Source: Candidatus Wildermuthbacteria bacterium RIFCSPHIGHO2_01_FULL_49_22b (GTDB lineage: Bacteria; Patescibacteriota; Minisyncoccia; Minisyncoccales; UBA10102). Taken from it: a DNA stretch of 39,254 nucleotides. Position numbers and translations under genes: made by a program. Below are positions 1 to 8,676 of the stretch, one piece after another. The notes beneath the pieces are model-generated. The model saw nothing but the letters and a program-made list of their open reading frames with translations. It had not been told where the DNA came from and searched no databases. The DNA lies in NCBI GenBank assembly GCA_001823165.1, contig MHTT01000015.1:1-39254 (forward strand), written 5' to 3'. Positions within the stretch are counted from its first letter, which is position 1. Every line of letters starts with the position of its first letter.

Positions 1-167
1 AAGACCTCCTCCCCAACCCGGTCAATCTCGATCTCTACATCGTCTGGGCGCTCAATCACAGGCCCTAAAATCTTTCGTCCTCCCCCTGCCGCCGCAACCG
101 TATGCACCTTTTCGATGGTTTTCTGGAGATACTCAATGAGAATATGTTGTATCGTTTCCTTGTCCAT
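1..167 (-). CDS. Partial ORF running off the window edge; possibly inositol monophosphatase/FBPase-like (candidate HisN-type phosphatase)
   Basis: Hand translation from ATG at 167: MDKETIQHILIEYLQKTIEKVHTVAAAGGGRKILGPVIERPDDVEIEIDRVGEEV. It weakly resembles the IMPase N-terminal 'T.ID..aE' region and follows hisC on the same strand. Confidence 0.35.
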   Translation of the reverse strand, partial: MDKETIQHILIEYLQKTIEKVHTVAAAGGGRKILGPVIERPDDVEIEIDRVGEEV

Positions 168-213
168 AGAGGATACACAGACCCTTCCCAGTGTACGCCT
201 GCTTGCCGTTTTG

Positions 214-1278
214 TCAACTCCAACCCATGGCCCGGGAATAGGCAAGAATGAGCCGCTCCGTATCCTGCAGCGTGCCAATGCTTATCCGTACGGTCCCTGG
301 GGGGTCTTCCCGGGGACGCACGAGGATCCCCTGCTCCTGCAAGTTCTTTATGAGCTTTTCGGGTTCTTTGGGCTCCACCAAAAGGAAGTTCGCAACCCCG
401 GGGTAGAACTTCACGCCCTTTGCCCGAAAGAACTCCTCCACCTTTGGCTTTGCTTCTCTCATGACTTCTGCAATGTACCGCTCAAAGTAGGGAAGGTCTG
501 CAAGGGCCGCGACAATCGCCGTTTTTGCAAACATATTCACATCATAGGGTCCCCGAATTTTCATAAACTCTTGAATATTCTGCGTCTGGCTTATAACATA
601 TCCGGCGCGCACGGAAGCCAAGCCGAATTGCTTGGAAAGGGTCCTCGTAATGCACAGATTGTCAAACTCTTTTATGAAATCCTTTGCCGTGATGCCAGAG
701 AACTCAAAATATGCTTCGTCATGAAGCACGACAACATCTTTCTCCTTGGCTCTTTTTAAGATGCGTTGCACATCCTCCATAGAGATATCGCCTCCGGTAG
801 GATTATTGGGGTTACAAAGAACAAAGAGTTTTGGCGAAGAATCAAGCAGCCCAAGCACTTCTTCAAGAGGAAAAGACAATGATGGCCCTTGGTATTCTGG
901 TTTTATAATCTCCGCCCCTTGCACAAGAGCTGACTGATATTCCATAGCAAAGCTTGGGCTTGGGATGATAACCCGATCTCCTTTCTCCACAAAAGCCCTC
1001 ATCACAACGTCAATGCCCTGGTCAGAACCGTTAACAACAAGAATCTCTTCAGGTTTTACTCCTGCGTAGGACGCAATAACCTCATTAAGATCGCCGTATT
1101 CCGGGTACACCTGCACCCTTTTGGAATCCACAAAGTCATGCAGGGCCTGCCTTACTTTTGGGGAGGTCTCAATGGTCATCTCGTTAAAATCCAGCAAAAG
1201 GTAGCCCTTGGCAGAACGACCCTCCAAAGGAGGGTTATATGGAGTCATCGCCTTAATGTTGTCTCGCACTCTTGCCAT
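214..1278 (-). CDS. hisC: Histidinol-phosphate aminotransferase
   Basis: Motifs LDFNE, YPE, NGSDQGI, LCNPNNPTG, DEAYFEF and RTLSKQFGLASVRAGY (PLP lysine); adjacent to hisB. Confidence 0.93.
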   Translation of the reverse strand: MARVRDNIKAMTPYNPPLEGRSAKGYLLLDFNEMTIETSPKVRQALHDFVDSKRVQVYPEYGDLNEVIASYAGVKPEEILVVNGSDQGIDVVMRAFVEKGDRVIIPSPSFAMEYQSALVQGAEIIKPEYQGPSLSFPLEEVLGLLDSSPKLFVLCNPNNPTGGDISMEDVQRILKRAKEKDVVVLHDEAYFEFSGITAKDFIKEFDNLCITRTLSKQFGLASVRAGYVISQTQNIQEFMKIRGPYDVNMFAKTAIVAALADLPYFERYIAEVMREAKPKVEEFFRAKGVKFYPGVANFLLVEPKEPEKLIKNLQEQGILVRPREDPPGTVRISIGTLQDTERLILAYSRAMGWS

Positions 1279-1279
1279 G

Positions 1280-1873
1280 CTAAATCTTTCCCTTTGTGCT
1301 TGGGAGTTTTTTCAAAAGGCGTTTATCTTGGCTGCATGCCATTTTCATTGCCTTGCCAAATGCCTTAAACATGGACTCTGCCTGGTGATGGACTTCACCG
1401 GGATAAATAATTCGTACGTGCAATGTTGTTTTTAACGCTCGGCAAAACGCTTCAAAAAAATGCTTGATAAGGTCAGGGCTCGTATGCCCTCCTATGTATG
1501 GCTTGAATTTCACATCATACGTGAGATGCGCCCTGCCCGAAATATCCACCGCAACCAGGGACAGCGCCTCATCCATGGGAAATACAAAATATCCTGCTCG
1601 GTTGATTCCTTTTTTGTCGCCGAGCGCTTTTCCAAACGCCTCACCCAAAGCAAGGCCAAGATCTTCAAATGTGTGGTGGTCATCAATTTCTATATCGCCC
1701 TTTGCTCGTACTTTCAGGTCAAAAGCTCCGTGCCTCGCAAAATTGTCAAGCATGTGGCTCAAAAATGGGATGGGGGTTTTAATGTCCCCGTGCCCCAATC
1801 CCTCAATAGCAAGATCAATGGCGATGTCTGTTTCTTTTGTTTTTCTACGACAATACGCTCTGCGCTTTTTCAT
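1280..1873 (-). CDS. hisB: Imidazoleglycerol-phosphate dehydratase
   Basis: Motifs RKTKETDI, FLSHML, DDHHTFED, PMDEAL and HHQAESMFKAFGKAM, with C-terminal LPSTKG. Start moved to ATG 1873, which is preceded by TATACT-N6. Confidence 0.95.
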   Translation of the reverse strand: MKKRRAYCRRKTKETDIAIDLAIEGLGHGDIKTPIPFLSHMLDNFARHGAFDLKVRAKGDIEIDDHHTFEDLGLALGEAFGKALGDKKGINRAGYFVFPMDEALSLVAVDISGRAHLTYDVKFKPYIGGHTSPDLIKHFFEAFCRALKTTLHVRIIYPGEVHHQAESMFKAFGKAMKMACSQDKRLLKKLPSTKGKI

Positions 1874-1985
1874 ATTTTCAGTATATCCTAGTTTGACGCC
1901 AAAAGGAAGTTGACATAAAGAAGAAAATGTGCTTGGGTAAACGCAGTACACAAGACACCGCGCATCTCGCGTAGAGGAGAGAACA

Positions 1986-2780
1986 TTGTCAGCCAAGATC
2001 GGGTACATACTCGTCGATATCGATGACACCGTGGTCGCCACAGATGGGAGTGACCGTCGGGAATACGAGGAAGGAAGGAGGCAATTCACCCATCTCATTG
2101 GTCTGTCAAACCAAGGCATCATCCCCCCTATAGGGTTCTGCACGGGCAGGGAAGCCTCCTATGTGCTGGGATTTCTCCGGTGGATCGCGATACCGGACTG
2201 CTGGTCCATTGTGGAGAGCGGACTCATTCTCTACAACCCCCGCACGCAAGAACGTAAGGAACATCCTCTTTTTACCCCCGAACGCCAGGAGATGTTCAGA
2301 GAGGTAAAAGGAGCACACATTCCTCGCCTCCTTAAACGATTCCCATTTCTTGCCCCCTACAAAGGAAAGGAGTGGAACATAGCGTTGGAAAGAGGAGGGG
2401 GCGCTCCCCCAATCGCGGAATGTGAGCGCGTCGTCAAGGAAACCCTGGCAGGGATACCCGGCATCACCATCCACGCCTCCAGCATTGCCGTGGACATCAG
2501 TCCTGAGGGAATCGACAAGGGAGCTGGCGTCCTCTACCTGGCAGACACGACAGGAGTGGACCCTCGCACCATGCTGCTGATTGACGACTCCGTGGGAGGG
2601 AAGCCAGCCGCAGACCAAGTGGGCTTTCTCGCGTGTCCTGCAGATATTGAGAATAAAAGATTCCAGCAAGAAGTGGAGAGGCGGGAAGCTGAGGGAAAGG
2701 GACATGTCTCGCCTTGCAAACTCGTGGAAGGCATGGTGGAGACAATCTGTTTCTTCACGGGAGTCCCCCTCGCTGCCTAA
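1986..2780 (+). CDS. HAD-superfamily (Cof/IIB-like) phosphatase
   Basis: Motif I DIDDT, motif II CTGR, DISPEGIDKGAGV, motif IV IDDS; SD-like GAGGAG before the TTG start. Confidence 0.8.
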   Translation: MSAKIGYILVDIDDTVVATDGSDRREYEEGRRQFTHLIGLSNQGIIPPIGFCTGREASYVLGFLRWIAIPDCWSIVESGLILYNPRTQERKEHPLFTPERQEMFREVKGAHIPRLLKRFPFLAPYKGKEWNIALERGGGAPPIAECERVVKETLAGIPGITIHASSIAVDISPEGIDKGAGVLYLADTTGVDPRTMLLIDDSVGGKPAADQVGFLACPADIENKRFQQEVERREAEGKGHVSPCKLVEGMVETICFFTGVPLAA

Positions 2781-3841
2781 CACGTCCTTTCCAAGAGAGC
2801 CGGTAGTACTGGCTCTCTTTTTTCTTTGAGTTCATGTACCAGTCCAAGAAGGCCTTTCACTCCTCGCTGCACATATCTTAGAAAGTACGGCTGTTCCTTT
2901 TTGGGAACACTATAGTAGCGAAGCACTCCCCACCAGATACCCACCAACAGGGCCGCCACTATTGACCAATAGATCTGCTCGCGATCAAGTTTTCTTTTGT
3001 ATGCCTTATCTGCTTGGTTGAGAAAGCTTTCAAATGTTTTCTTGCTTATCTGCGGAGGGTTAAAAAAGCTGTCGCGCAACGGATAGCCAATGTCGTAAAA
3101 AATCCCTCCCTTTTTGTTGAGGCCGGCATACTCAAAATCCAAAAGATATATCCTGCCCGCTCTCCCGACAAGAAAGTTCGAGAAGATAAAGTCGTTGTGC
3201 GTGGACACACCGCGCTTTAAAGAACGGAGGCGTTGTTGCGCTTTCAGCTCCAGTTTTTTCAGCTGGGCAATCGTCTCTTTCCCCAAGAGTTTTTTGAGAG
3301 TATGACGAAATGCCGCCACCCGATACTTATTAATCTCATTACGAAAGGGGTCATAAGGGTTTGAAAAACGCACTCCGCTTGCATGAAAAACGTGGAATGT
3401 CCTTGCCAGGGCGCGCTGATAGCGCACCTGCCTGAAATGGCGCATACTGAACTCCCGGCCCGGTATATATTCTGTCGCCATGGTGCCGTCTGGAACGCTG
3501 TATCTGTTTTTGTCTTTTGGGTCCAAGATATTCCTTTTTGAAAGAACGTAGACAAAATACCTCGGCAGAATGCGTTGAACCTTTTTATTGCGAGAAAGCG
3601 CGAGAATATTCTTCCCTTCTGTTTTCCTGTTTAACACGTTTTCCCAAGGAAGCCGCACAAAAAACTTCCTTGCCCTGAACTTGTTGCCCTTCAAATCCTT
3701 CAGGGCAACCCTGACTTTATGGAATGGGTTGAAGGGTTTCCTGAAACTTACCACATAGTTTCGGTTGGTCTGGCCTCCTGCTCTTTTCGCGTCAAAGGGC
3801 TCAGAAAAGAGTTTTTTGAGATAATGAATATCTTTGTTCAT
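2777..3841 (-). CDS. Choline/ethanolamine kinase-like phosphotransferase
   Basis: GGQTNRNY loop, Brenner motif HNDFIFSNFL, LLDFEYAG; likely start MNKDIH at 3841. Confidence 0.8.
   Translation of the reverse strand: MNKDIHYLKKLFSEPFDAKRAGGQTNRNYVVSFRKPFNPFHKVRVALKDLKGNKFRARKFFVRLPWENVLNRKTEGKNILALSRNKKVQRILPRYFVYVLSKRNILDPKDKNRYSVPDGTMATEYIPGREFSMRHFRQVRYQRALARTFHVFHASGVRFSNPYDPFRNEINKYRVAAFRHTLKKLLGKETIAQLKKLELKAQQRLRSLKRGVSTHNDFIFSNFLVGRAGRIYLLDFEYAGLNKKGGIFYDIGYPLRDSFFNPPQISKKTFESFLNQADKAYKRKLDREQIYWSIVAALLVGIWWGVLRYYSVPKKEQPYFLRYVQRGVKGLLGLVHELKEKREPVLPALLERTC
2793..2823 (+). terminator. Intrinsic terminator after the HAD gene
   Basis: Stem aagagagccggt/actggctctctt followed by a T-run. 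Confidence 0.65.
3669..3736. repeat. Nested REP-like palindromic insertion inside the kinase CDS
   Basis: cttgccctgaactt-GTTG-[41 nt]-GTTG-aaggg. The inner segment contains related cccttc...cagggc/accctga units, and the reading frame is preserved. Confidence 0.55.
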
Positions 3842-5078
3842 CTTCTTCAAAGATTTTGATTTTGCCGTATTCCCCGTCGTAGCCGGGCTCAATCTGCACC
3901 TTTCCCTCCCTGACCCTAACGATGCCCTCTGCTATTTCAGGAAGGGTTGCTTCCTGCAGTTCTTTTTCTGGCGCATCAAGCAATACTGCAAACTCGTTTT
4001 CAAATCGCCGAATAAGTTTTTCATATTCTTCCTTCCCTCGCTTTGTGCCTACTCCTTGGTGCAAGGCGTCTGCAATGATTTCCTGCAAAGGAATCAAGCT
4101 CTTGAAAGGAATTGCATTGTCTGGATGAAAACCTTCCGGCCTGTCTGCCAGCTCTGCCACGCGGTTTAAAACCCCAATGGTCAAGGGCCTCTTGCATACG
4201 GGACAGATATTGTTTTGCTTCTTTGACTCTTTTGGGCTTAAAGAAACATTGCACAGGCGGTGGCCGTCATAATGATACTTTCCTTCTTCGGGGAAAAACT
4301 CCACGGTATACAGAAAACGCTTTGGGTCTTTGCTTTTTATCGCCCCCGCTATCGCCCCAAAGCTCAAGTCCGTGTCAAACACGTTTGCCTCCCTGCCTAT
4401 CTTTTCCAAAGAATGAGAATCAGAGTTGCTAATCAATGCAATCTTATCCAAAGCAGATAATCTCCAATTCATCGCAGGGTCACTGGAAAGCCCTGTCTCT
4501 CCTGCGTAGATATACTTAGTGTACTCGTCAAAACATTCTTGCATAGAGTTAAAGCCTGACTTCGAGCCAAAGACGCTGAACCACGGCGTCCACATATGAC
4601 TAGGTACAACCAAAGAAGAAGGGTCTGCTCCCAAAACAATTTTAACCACTTCTTTTACATCAATGCCCAAGATGGGCCTGCCGTCTGACTTGAGGTTTCC
4701 TATCCACCCTAACTGCGTGTTGATTTTCTCCACCGCCGCCAGGGAGGGGGCCAACAGGATAAGGTGGATTTTTCTCACCTGCCCTTCCTTAGAATAGATG
4801 CAGCTGATTTCAGAGGTGAAAACAAATCTGGTGCCCTTGTTCTGCCCTTTGCCCTCCGTAGCTTTAGCGAAGGAGGGTTTCCTTTTGTACAAACCCTGCT
4901 CTGCCGGTTCCAGCTCTTCTTTGAGTTCCTGGAACCACATGGGGTGGGTAAAATCCCCTGCCCCCATGACCTGAATGCCTTTCTTTGAGGCCCACAGGTC
5001 TAGGTTTGCAAGATTCATATCTTTAGACGTTGCCCTTGCGAACCGAGAATGAATGTGAAAATCAGCTACAATTTTCAT
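3801..5078 (-). CDS. PHP-domain endonuclease Q family protein (TIGR00375-like)
   Basis: Motifs ADFHIHS, GDFTHP, NSDSHS...GRE, GKYHYDGHRLC...CPVC zinc site and PGYDGEYG. Confidence 0.85.
   Translation of the reverse strand: MKIVADFHIHSRFARATSKDMNLANLDLWASKKGIQVMGAGDFTHPMWFQELKEELEPAEQGLYKRKPSFAKATEGKGQNKGTRFVFTSEISCIYSKEGQVRKIHLILLAPSLAAVEKINTQLGWIGNLKSDGRPILGIDVKEVVKIVLGADPSSLVVPSHMWTPWFSVFGSKSGFNSMQECFDEYTKYIYAGETGLSSDPAMNWRLSALDKIALISNSDSHSLEKIGREANVFDTDLSFGAIAGAIKSKDPKRFLYTVEFFPEEGKYHYDGHRLCNVSLSPKESKKQNNICPVCKRPLTIGVLNRVAELADRPEGFHPDNAIPFKSLIPLQEIIADALHQGVGTKRGKEEYEKLIRRFENEFAVLLDAPEKELQEATLPEIAEGIVRVREGKVQIEPGYDGEYGKIKIFEEDEQRYSLSQKTLF
4852..4877. repeat. REP-like hairpin inside the EndoQ-like CDS (encodes PSFAKATEG)
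   Basis: ccctcc-gta-gct-tt-agc-gaa-ggaggg forms an imperfect hairpin in a loop region. Confidence 0.6.
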
Positions 5079-5416
5079 AAAGAAGTAAACTGCAACTCCA
5101 AAAGGATGTTTTCGAGATGACGATTGACTTCTTTCTTTGTGATATCATCTCTATCTCCCTTAAAGTATAAAGTCATTGGTACAACGTATCCCTCGGTCTC
5201 TCGCACAAGAACAAGCATGCGAAACGATTTACTCTTGCCCCGAGGGATATCTTTTGAGCGCAGCCGTACCTTGTAGACGTTATGGCCCACGTGCGCATGC
5301 TGTTCTTTGCGAAAATCATCTAACGCAATGGCGACAGCATCTTTAAGATGGCGATATTTGCTGGCGTGGGGTTCAAGCTGCCTTCTAAAGTAGGGCAGGA
5401 CAAGCGGCTGATACAT
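5075..5416 (-). CDS. RelE/ParE/HigB-like toxin
   Basis: 113 aa, basic, with YKVRLRSKDIPRGKSKSFRML and LYFKGD motifs; directly downstream of an RHH-like gene. Confidence 0.65.
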   Translation of the reverse strand: MYQPLVLPYFRRQLEPHASKYRHLKDAVAIALDDFRKEQHAHVGHNVYKVRLRSKDIPRGKSKSFRMLVLVRETEGYVVPMTLYFKGDRDDITKKEVNRHLENILLELQFTSL

Positions 5417-5418
5417 TC

Positions 5419-5673
5419 CTAGAGATTCGCAAGCTGCTCTTTTGCGGAGGGCAGCTTCCTGCCGCGATATCGATTTCTCAGTTCTCGCCCAATGGCGTTT
5501 GTGAGATATTCCATGCGCTCATCCTCATTTGCAAAGGGCTTGTTGACAACGTCAAGAAAATGAACTGCCGCAAAACGAAAGAACTCTGCCTTGCTCGCAA
5601 ATCCTTTTTCTTTGATTGTTTGGACGATACGCTGCTCCAGGGTCTTTGGAAGAAAGAAATTAACAATGGCCAC
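5419..5673 (-). CDS. Ribbon-helix-helix antitoxin
   Basis: N-terminal IVNFFLP strand followed by helices (GFASKAEFFRFAA); 2-nt gap to the toxin gene. Confidence 0.7.
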   Translation of the reverse strand: MAIVNFFLPKTLEQRIVQTIKEKGFASKAEFFRFAAVHFLDVVNKPFANEDERMEYLTNAIGRELRNRYRGRKLPSAKEQLANL

Positions 5674-5681
5674 GGTATATG

Positions 5682-5733
5682 GATTATATATTGATTATAT
5701 ACAAATCATATCAACCTTCAGATACCTTGTCAA
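5682..5733 (-). promoter_or_regulatory. Sigma70 promoter plus probable autoregulatory operator of the TA pair
   Basis: TTGACA (5728-5733), N17, TATGAT (5705-5710); direct repeats gattatata at 5682-5690 and 5693-5701. Confidence 0.7.
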
Positions 5734-5735
5734 CC

Positions 5736-6080
5736 CTATTTCACCAGCTTTACTCCAATGCCGGCTATCAAAGAGCCCCCGAACAAAAGAAGCCCTGCAA
5801 GCATAGACCAGGCTGCAAGGTTAAGCAGCTGGGAAATGGTTTCTGGGGGCAAAACCCCTTGAAGCTGCTGAGAAATCAGACCTGGAAGCTGGTTTTGCAA
5901 ATCCTGCAGGGAACCAACGGAGAAAGAAGAGGTCCCTTGCTTTGCGGGCATTGGCGTTGAGAAAAGTTCTGGCGCCTCATTGCTTGCGGTGAAAATCAAA
6001 TAGGAGGAAAAAAGCGCGTAGAGCATGATCATAATGCCCACTGCCACCAAGAGAAATCCGATTGTTCTTTGGGCGTTCAC
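5736..6080 (-). CDS. Hypothetical two-TM membrane protein
   Basis: Two hydrophobic helices; likely GTG start overlapping the upstream TGA (GTGA). Confidence 0.7.
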   Translation of the reverse strand: MNAQRTIGFLLVAVGIMIMLYALFSSYLIFTASNEAPELFSTPMPAKQGTSSFSVGSLQDLQNQLPGLISQQLQGVLPPETISQLLNLAAWSMLAGLLLFGGSLIAGIGVKLVK

Positions 6081-6817
6081 AGCAGTACCTTTTGCGTAAT
6101 GTTTTGGGGATAGTTTGCAACCTTTCTCAAGAATGCCCGGTGGTACCATTCCCATACTTCCTTTGCCGCAAGAAACGCCTCCAGGTCTTCTTCGTATCCC
6201 TCCAACTCCAGAAACTCAGCTTCCCCGGTCGCAGGGCCCCATTGATGGTTGCAGGAATCGTTTCCCCCTTGCACGCGCTCCCTTCCGCTCTTTTCGCTCT
6301 TTCTCGCATAGCAACCCCTGCACTCTTCGTACTGGTCAATGCGGAGAATCCACCTGGAACCTGCCTGCAGTTTTTTTGTTGCTCCCTTGTTGTAAGCATT
6401 GAGGTAGGCGGCGGTCTGCAGAGAATGCTCTTCCCTGATGCCGTTTCCTGTTTTCACATCTACGATTCCCCTCCTTCCTGAAACCTGGGCCACCATGTCG
6501 ATGGTCCCCGCATACCCGTTCTCAAAATCATACACCCTGCATTCAATATCCGCTCCCGGGTCTGCAATGCTTACCTGCCACTCCTTTCTCCATTGCTCAA
6601 AGGCCTGTAGGGAAGGGGCAATTCTTTCTTCTCTGGCATCCTTGTTCCCTTTCAAAACATTCTCAATGGCAGAGTGCACCGCAGTCCCCCAGTCAGCTGA
6701 CCTGAAAGAGCCAACAAAAAAAGGCCGGGACACCAAGGCCGTGATGGCCGTGACCCGCGGCATCCATACCCCTTCTGTTTCGTAGCCGTACTTGTGCTTG
6801 AAGTAGTCAATGCTCAT
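6077..6817 (-). CDS. PD-(D/E)XK nuclease superfamily protein
   Basis: GTAVHSAIE, YAGTID...IVDVKTG and LQTAAY motifs; Cys/His-rich insert ECRGC...SCNH. Confidence 0.8.
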   Translation of the reverse strand: MSIDYFKHKYGYETEGVWMPRVTAITALVSRPFFVGSFRSADWGTAVHSAIENVLKGNKDAREERIAPSLQAFEQWRKEWQVSIADPGADIECRVYDFENGYAGTIDMVAQVSGRRGIVDVKTGNGIREEHSLQTAAYLNAYNKGATKKLQAGSRWILRIDQYEECRGCYARKSEKSGRERVQGGNDSCNHQWGPATGEAEFLELEGYEEDLEAFLAAKEVWEWYHRAFLRKVANYPQNITQKVLL

Positions 6818-7125
6818 TTCTTCTTAAAAGAATAGAGTTCTGGGTTCTTGGTGATGATTTTCCAGATATTTTCAATTAAGTCCCCTCCCGCATACCCCAC
6901 AATCAAAGCCATGGCAGGGGTCAGAACAGAAGAACCCAGAAACTCCAAGCCGAGCTCTCGCACGGTGAGTGCGGTTGCCACGCCCACGCCCCCTGAAATG
7001 GCAACGGTGGAAAGAAAGCTAGGCAGAGAAAAGGAGACCTCTTTGTAGGAATACTTGTGTTTCACAAACCCCATTAAGCCCCGAATGACACCTCCTCCGA
7101 ATCCCGCAAGAATCATAATTTCCAT
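6814..7125 (-). CDS. Hypothetical small membrane protein
   Basis: Three hydrophobic segments, operonic spacing; likely start MEIMIL. Confidence 0.7.
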   Translation of the reverse strand: MEIMILAGFGGGVIRGLMGFVKHKYSYKEVSFSLPSFLSTVAISGGVGVATALTVRELGLEFLGSSVLTPAMALIVGYAGGDLIENIWKIITKNPELYSFKKK

Positions 7126-7126
7126 A

Positions 7127-7909
7127 TTAGACCACAATACCAAATAGTGTTTTTACCGCAAACCCAATGCCAAAGGCCACCCCGGAAGCAACACCTCCCA
7201 CCAAAAGCATCTCCAACCCCGCTTTCACGGGAGAAGCTGCCGTCACCAAAGACCTGGCCGCCCCCACCCCAAAGAAGGCAAATCCTGCTACCACGCTTGA
7301 TATCAAAAACTGGCTGGGGAGCTGGGGAATAAGGTAGGGCACCAAGGGCAAGAATCCAGCTGCAATAAAAGCAAAAAAAGTGGCGCTGCCGTGCTGGAGA
7401 GGAGAGCCCGGCTCCTCTTCTTTTAAATTTAGTTCTTCTCGCATCATCAAATCAACCCAGCGTTTCCGGTCCCTGGTGATGGATGCTGTGGCGGGCTCCA
7501 CTTGTTCTTTTGCAACGCCCCAGCTGCGGAGAATGCTTCGGATTTCCTCGCGCTCAATTTCAGGAAATTGTTCCGCCTCCCATTCTTCTTTCTTTCGCTG
7601 AAGCTTCACAAAGTCCCGTTCAGACCTCAAAGAAAGAAGGTTGGAGGCCCCCATGGAAAATCCGTCTGCCAAAAGGTTTGCCAAACCCAAGATAATGACA
7701 ACCCCGGGAGAAAGCAGGGCACCCGCTGCCCCCGAAACCACGGCAAACGTGGTAATGATGCCGTCATTGGCCCCGTACACGAGGTCCCCAATGTACGTGC
7801 CCTGGTGCAGACGATGCCACACCGCTTCTGCCTCCTTGTAGTTTTTGTTCTGAGCTAATTCAAAATACTGCTTCTTTTTCTTTTCTTCTGCGAGCAGCTG
7901 CTCTCCCAT
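7127..7909 (-). CDS. VIT1/CCC1 family Fe/Mn transporter
   Basis: VYGANDGIITTFAVVSG, LADGFSMGASN and MMREEL motifs. Confidence 0.92.
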   Translation of the reverse strand: MGEQLLAEEKKKKQYFELAQNKNYKEAEAVWHRLHQGTYIGDLVYGANDGIITTFAVVSGAAGALLSPGVVIILGLANLLADGFSMGASNLLSLRSERDFVKLQRKKEEWEAEQFPEIEREEIRSILRSWGVAKEQVEPATASITRDRKRWVDLMMREELNLKEEEPGSPLQHGSATFFAFIAAGFLPLVPYLIPQLPSQFLISSVVAGFAFFGVGAARSLVTAASPVKAGLEMLLVGGVASGVAFGIGFAVKTLFGIVV

Positions 7910-7912
7910 AGC

Positions 7913-8299
7913 TTAGGCGGTCTTCTGCCGACTCACGATGCGGGGCCAGTCGTCGTAATGCAAGAGGCCCTGGGCAATGACCCCGCCCAGAAATCCGTAG
8001 AACACAAAAGGGGCCACTAGAAAAAAGTTTGCTATGGCAGCTGCAACAAAAATGCCCAGGAACAAGAACCAGTGGTGCAGATGCACCCGCCACTGGCAAA
8101 CCGTAAAGATTACGGAGGGGATGTTGCCTCTATTTGGGCCCGAGGTTTTATCGCTCGCAAAATAGCGGGCCGCAAAGTAGCCCGCCAGCAGGGCAAAACC
8201 CAGCTCAACGGAAACAAGCATGGGCAAAGCCCCCAGGGAGGCCTTGGGGAAGCTTGCCATAATTTCTTTTCTGGGAATCTTAGCTACAATTCCTCTCAT
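7913..8299 (-). CDS. Hypothetical membrane protein
   Basis: Hydrophobic, with an HLHHW motif and QGLLHYDDW; 3-nt gap to the next gene. Confidence 0.7.
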   Translation of the reverse strand: MRGIVAKIPRKEIMASFPKASLGALPMLVSVELGFALLAGYFAARYFASDKTSGPNRGNIPSVIFTVCQWRVHLHHWFLFLGIFVAAAIANFFLVAPFVFYGFLGGVIAQGLLHYDDWPRIVSRQKTA

Positions 8300-8347
8300 T
8301 TCAGTTCTTTTCTATCATACCAAAAGCCAGCATCAAAGACAAATCCC

Positions 8348-8641
8348 TCAAAATCCAAACTCGCGTGCAACAAAACCCTCAAACTCTCCGGCGTATTCCT
8401 CCTCTGTCATTTCAACGTTATCCACCCTGGCAAGGGACGGACCCTGCCTTGCCCACGCAACAAACCCTTCAACTTTTTCTTTGGGCCCTTCCACCACAAT
8501 CTCAACCTTTCCATCAAGAAGATTCTTTGCCCAGCCGGTTAAGCCGAGCTCCAAGGCCTTTGCCCTGGCGTGTTGGCGAAACAGCACCCCCTGCACCCGG
8601 CCAGACACGAGGATATGCATTCTTATATTTCTTCTCCCCAT
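8348..8641 (-). CDS. acyP: Acylphosphatase
   Basis: SGRVQGVLFR, GWAKN and GPSLARV motifs. Confidence 0.93.
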   Translation of the reverse strand: MGRRNIRMHILVSGRVQGVLFRQHARAKALELGLTGWAKNLLDGKVEIVVEGPKEKVEGFVAWARQGPSLARVDNVEMTEEEYAGEFEGFVAREFGF

Positions 8642-8649
8642 GAATATGC

Positions 8650-8672
8650 CTAGTAGGGTCTGACCCTACTAG
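8650..8672. repeat. REP-like perfect palindrome, copy 1
   Basis: ctagtagggtc-t-gaccctactag. Confidence 0.9.
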
Positions 8673-8676
8673 AAGC

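Noticed and set aside
1874-2143. N-terminal extension of HisB in the ORF track
   Set aside because: It overlaps the divergent HAD gene; homology and the promoter point to ATG 1873.
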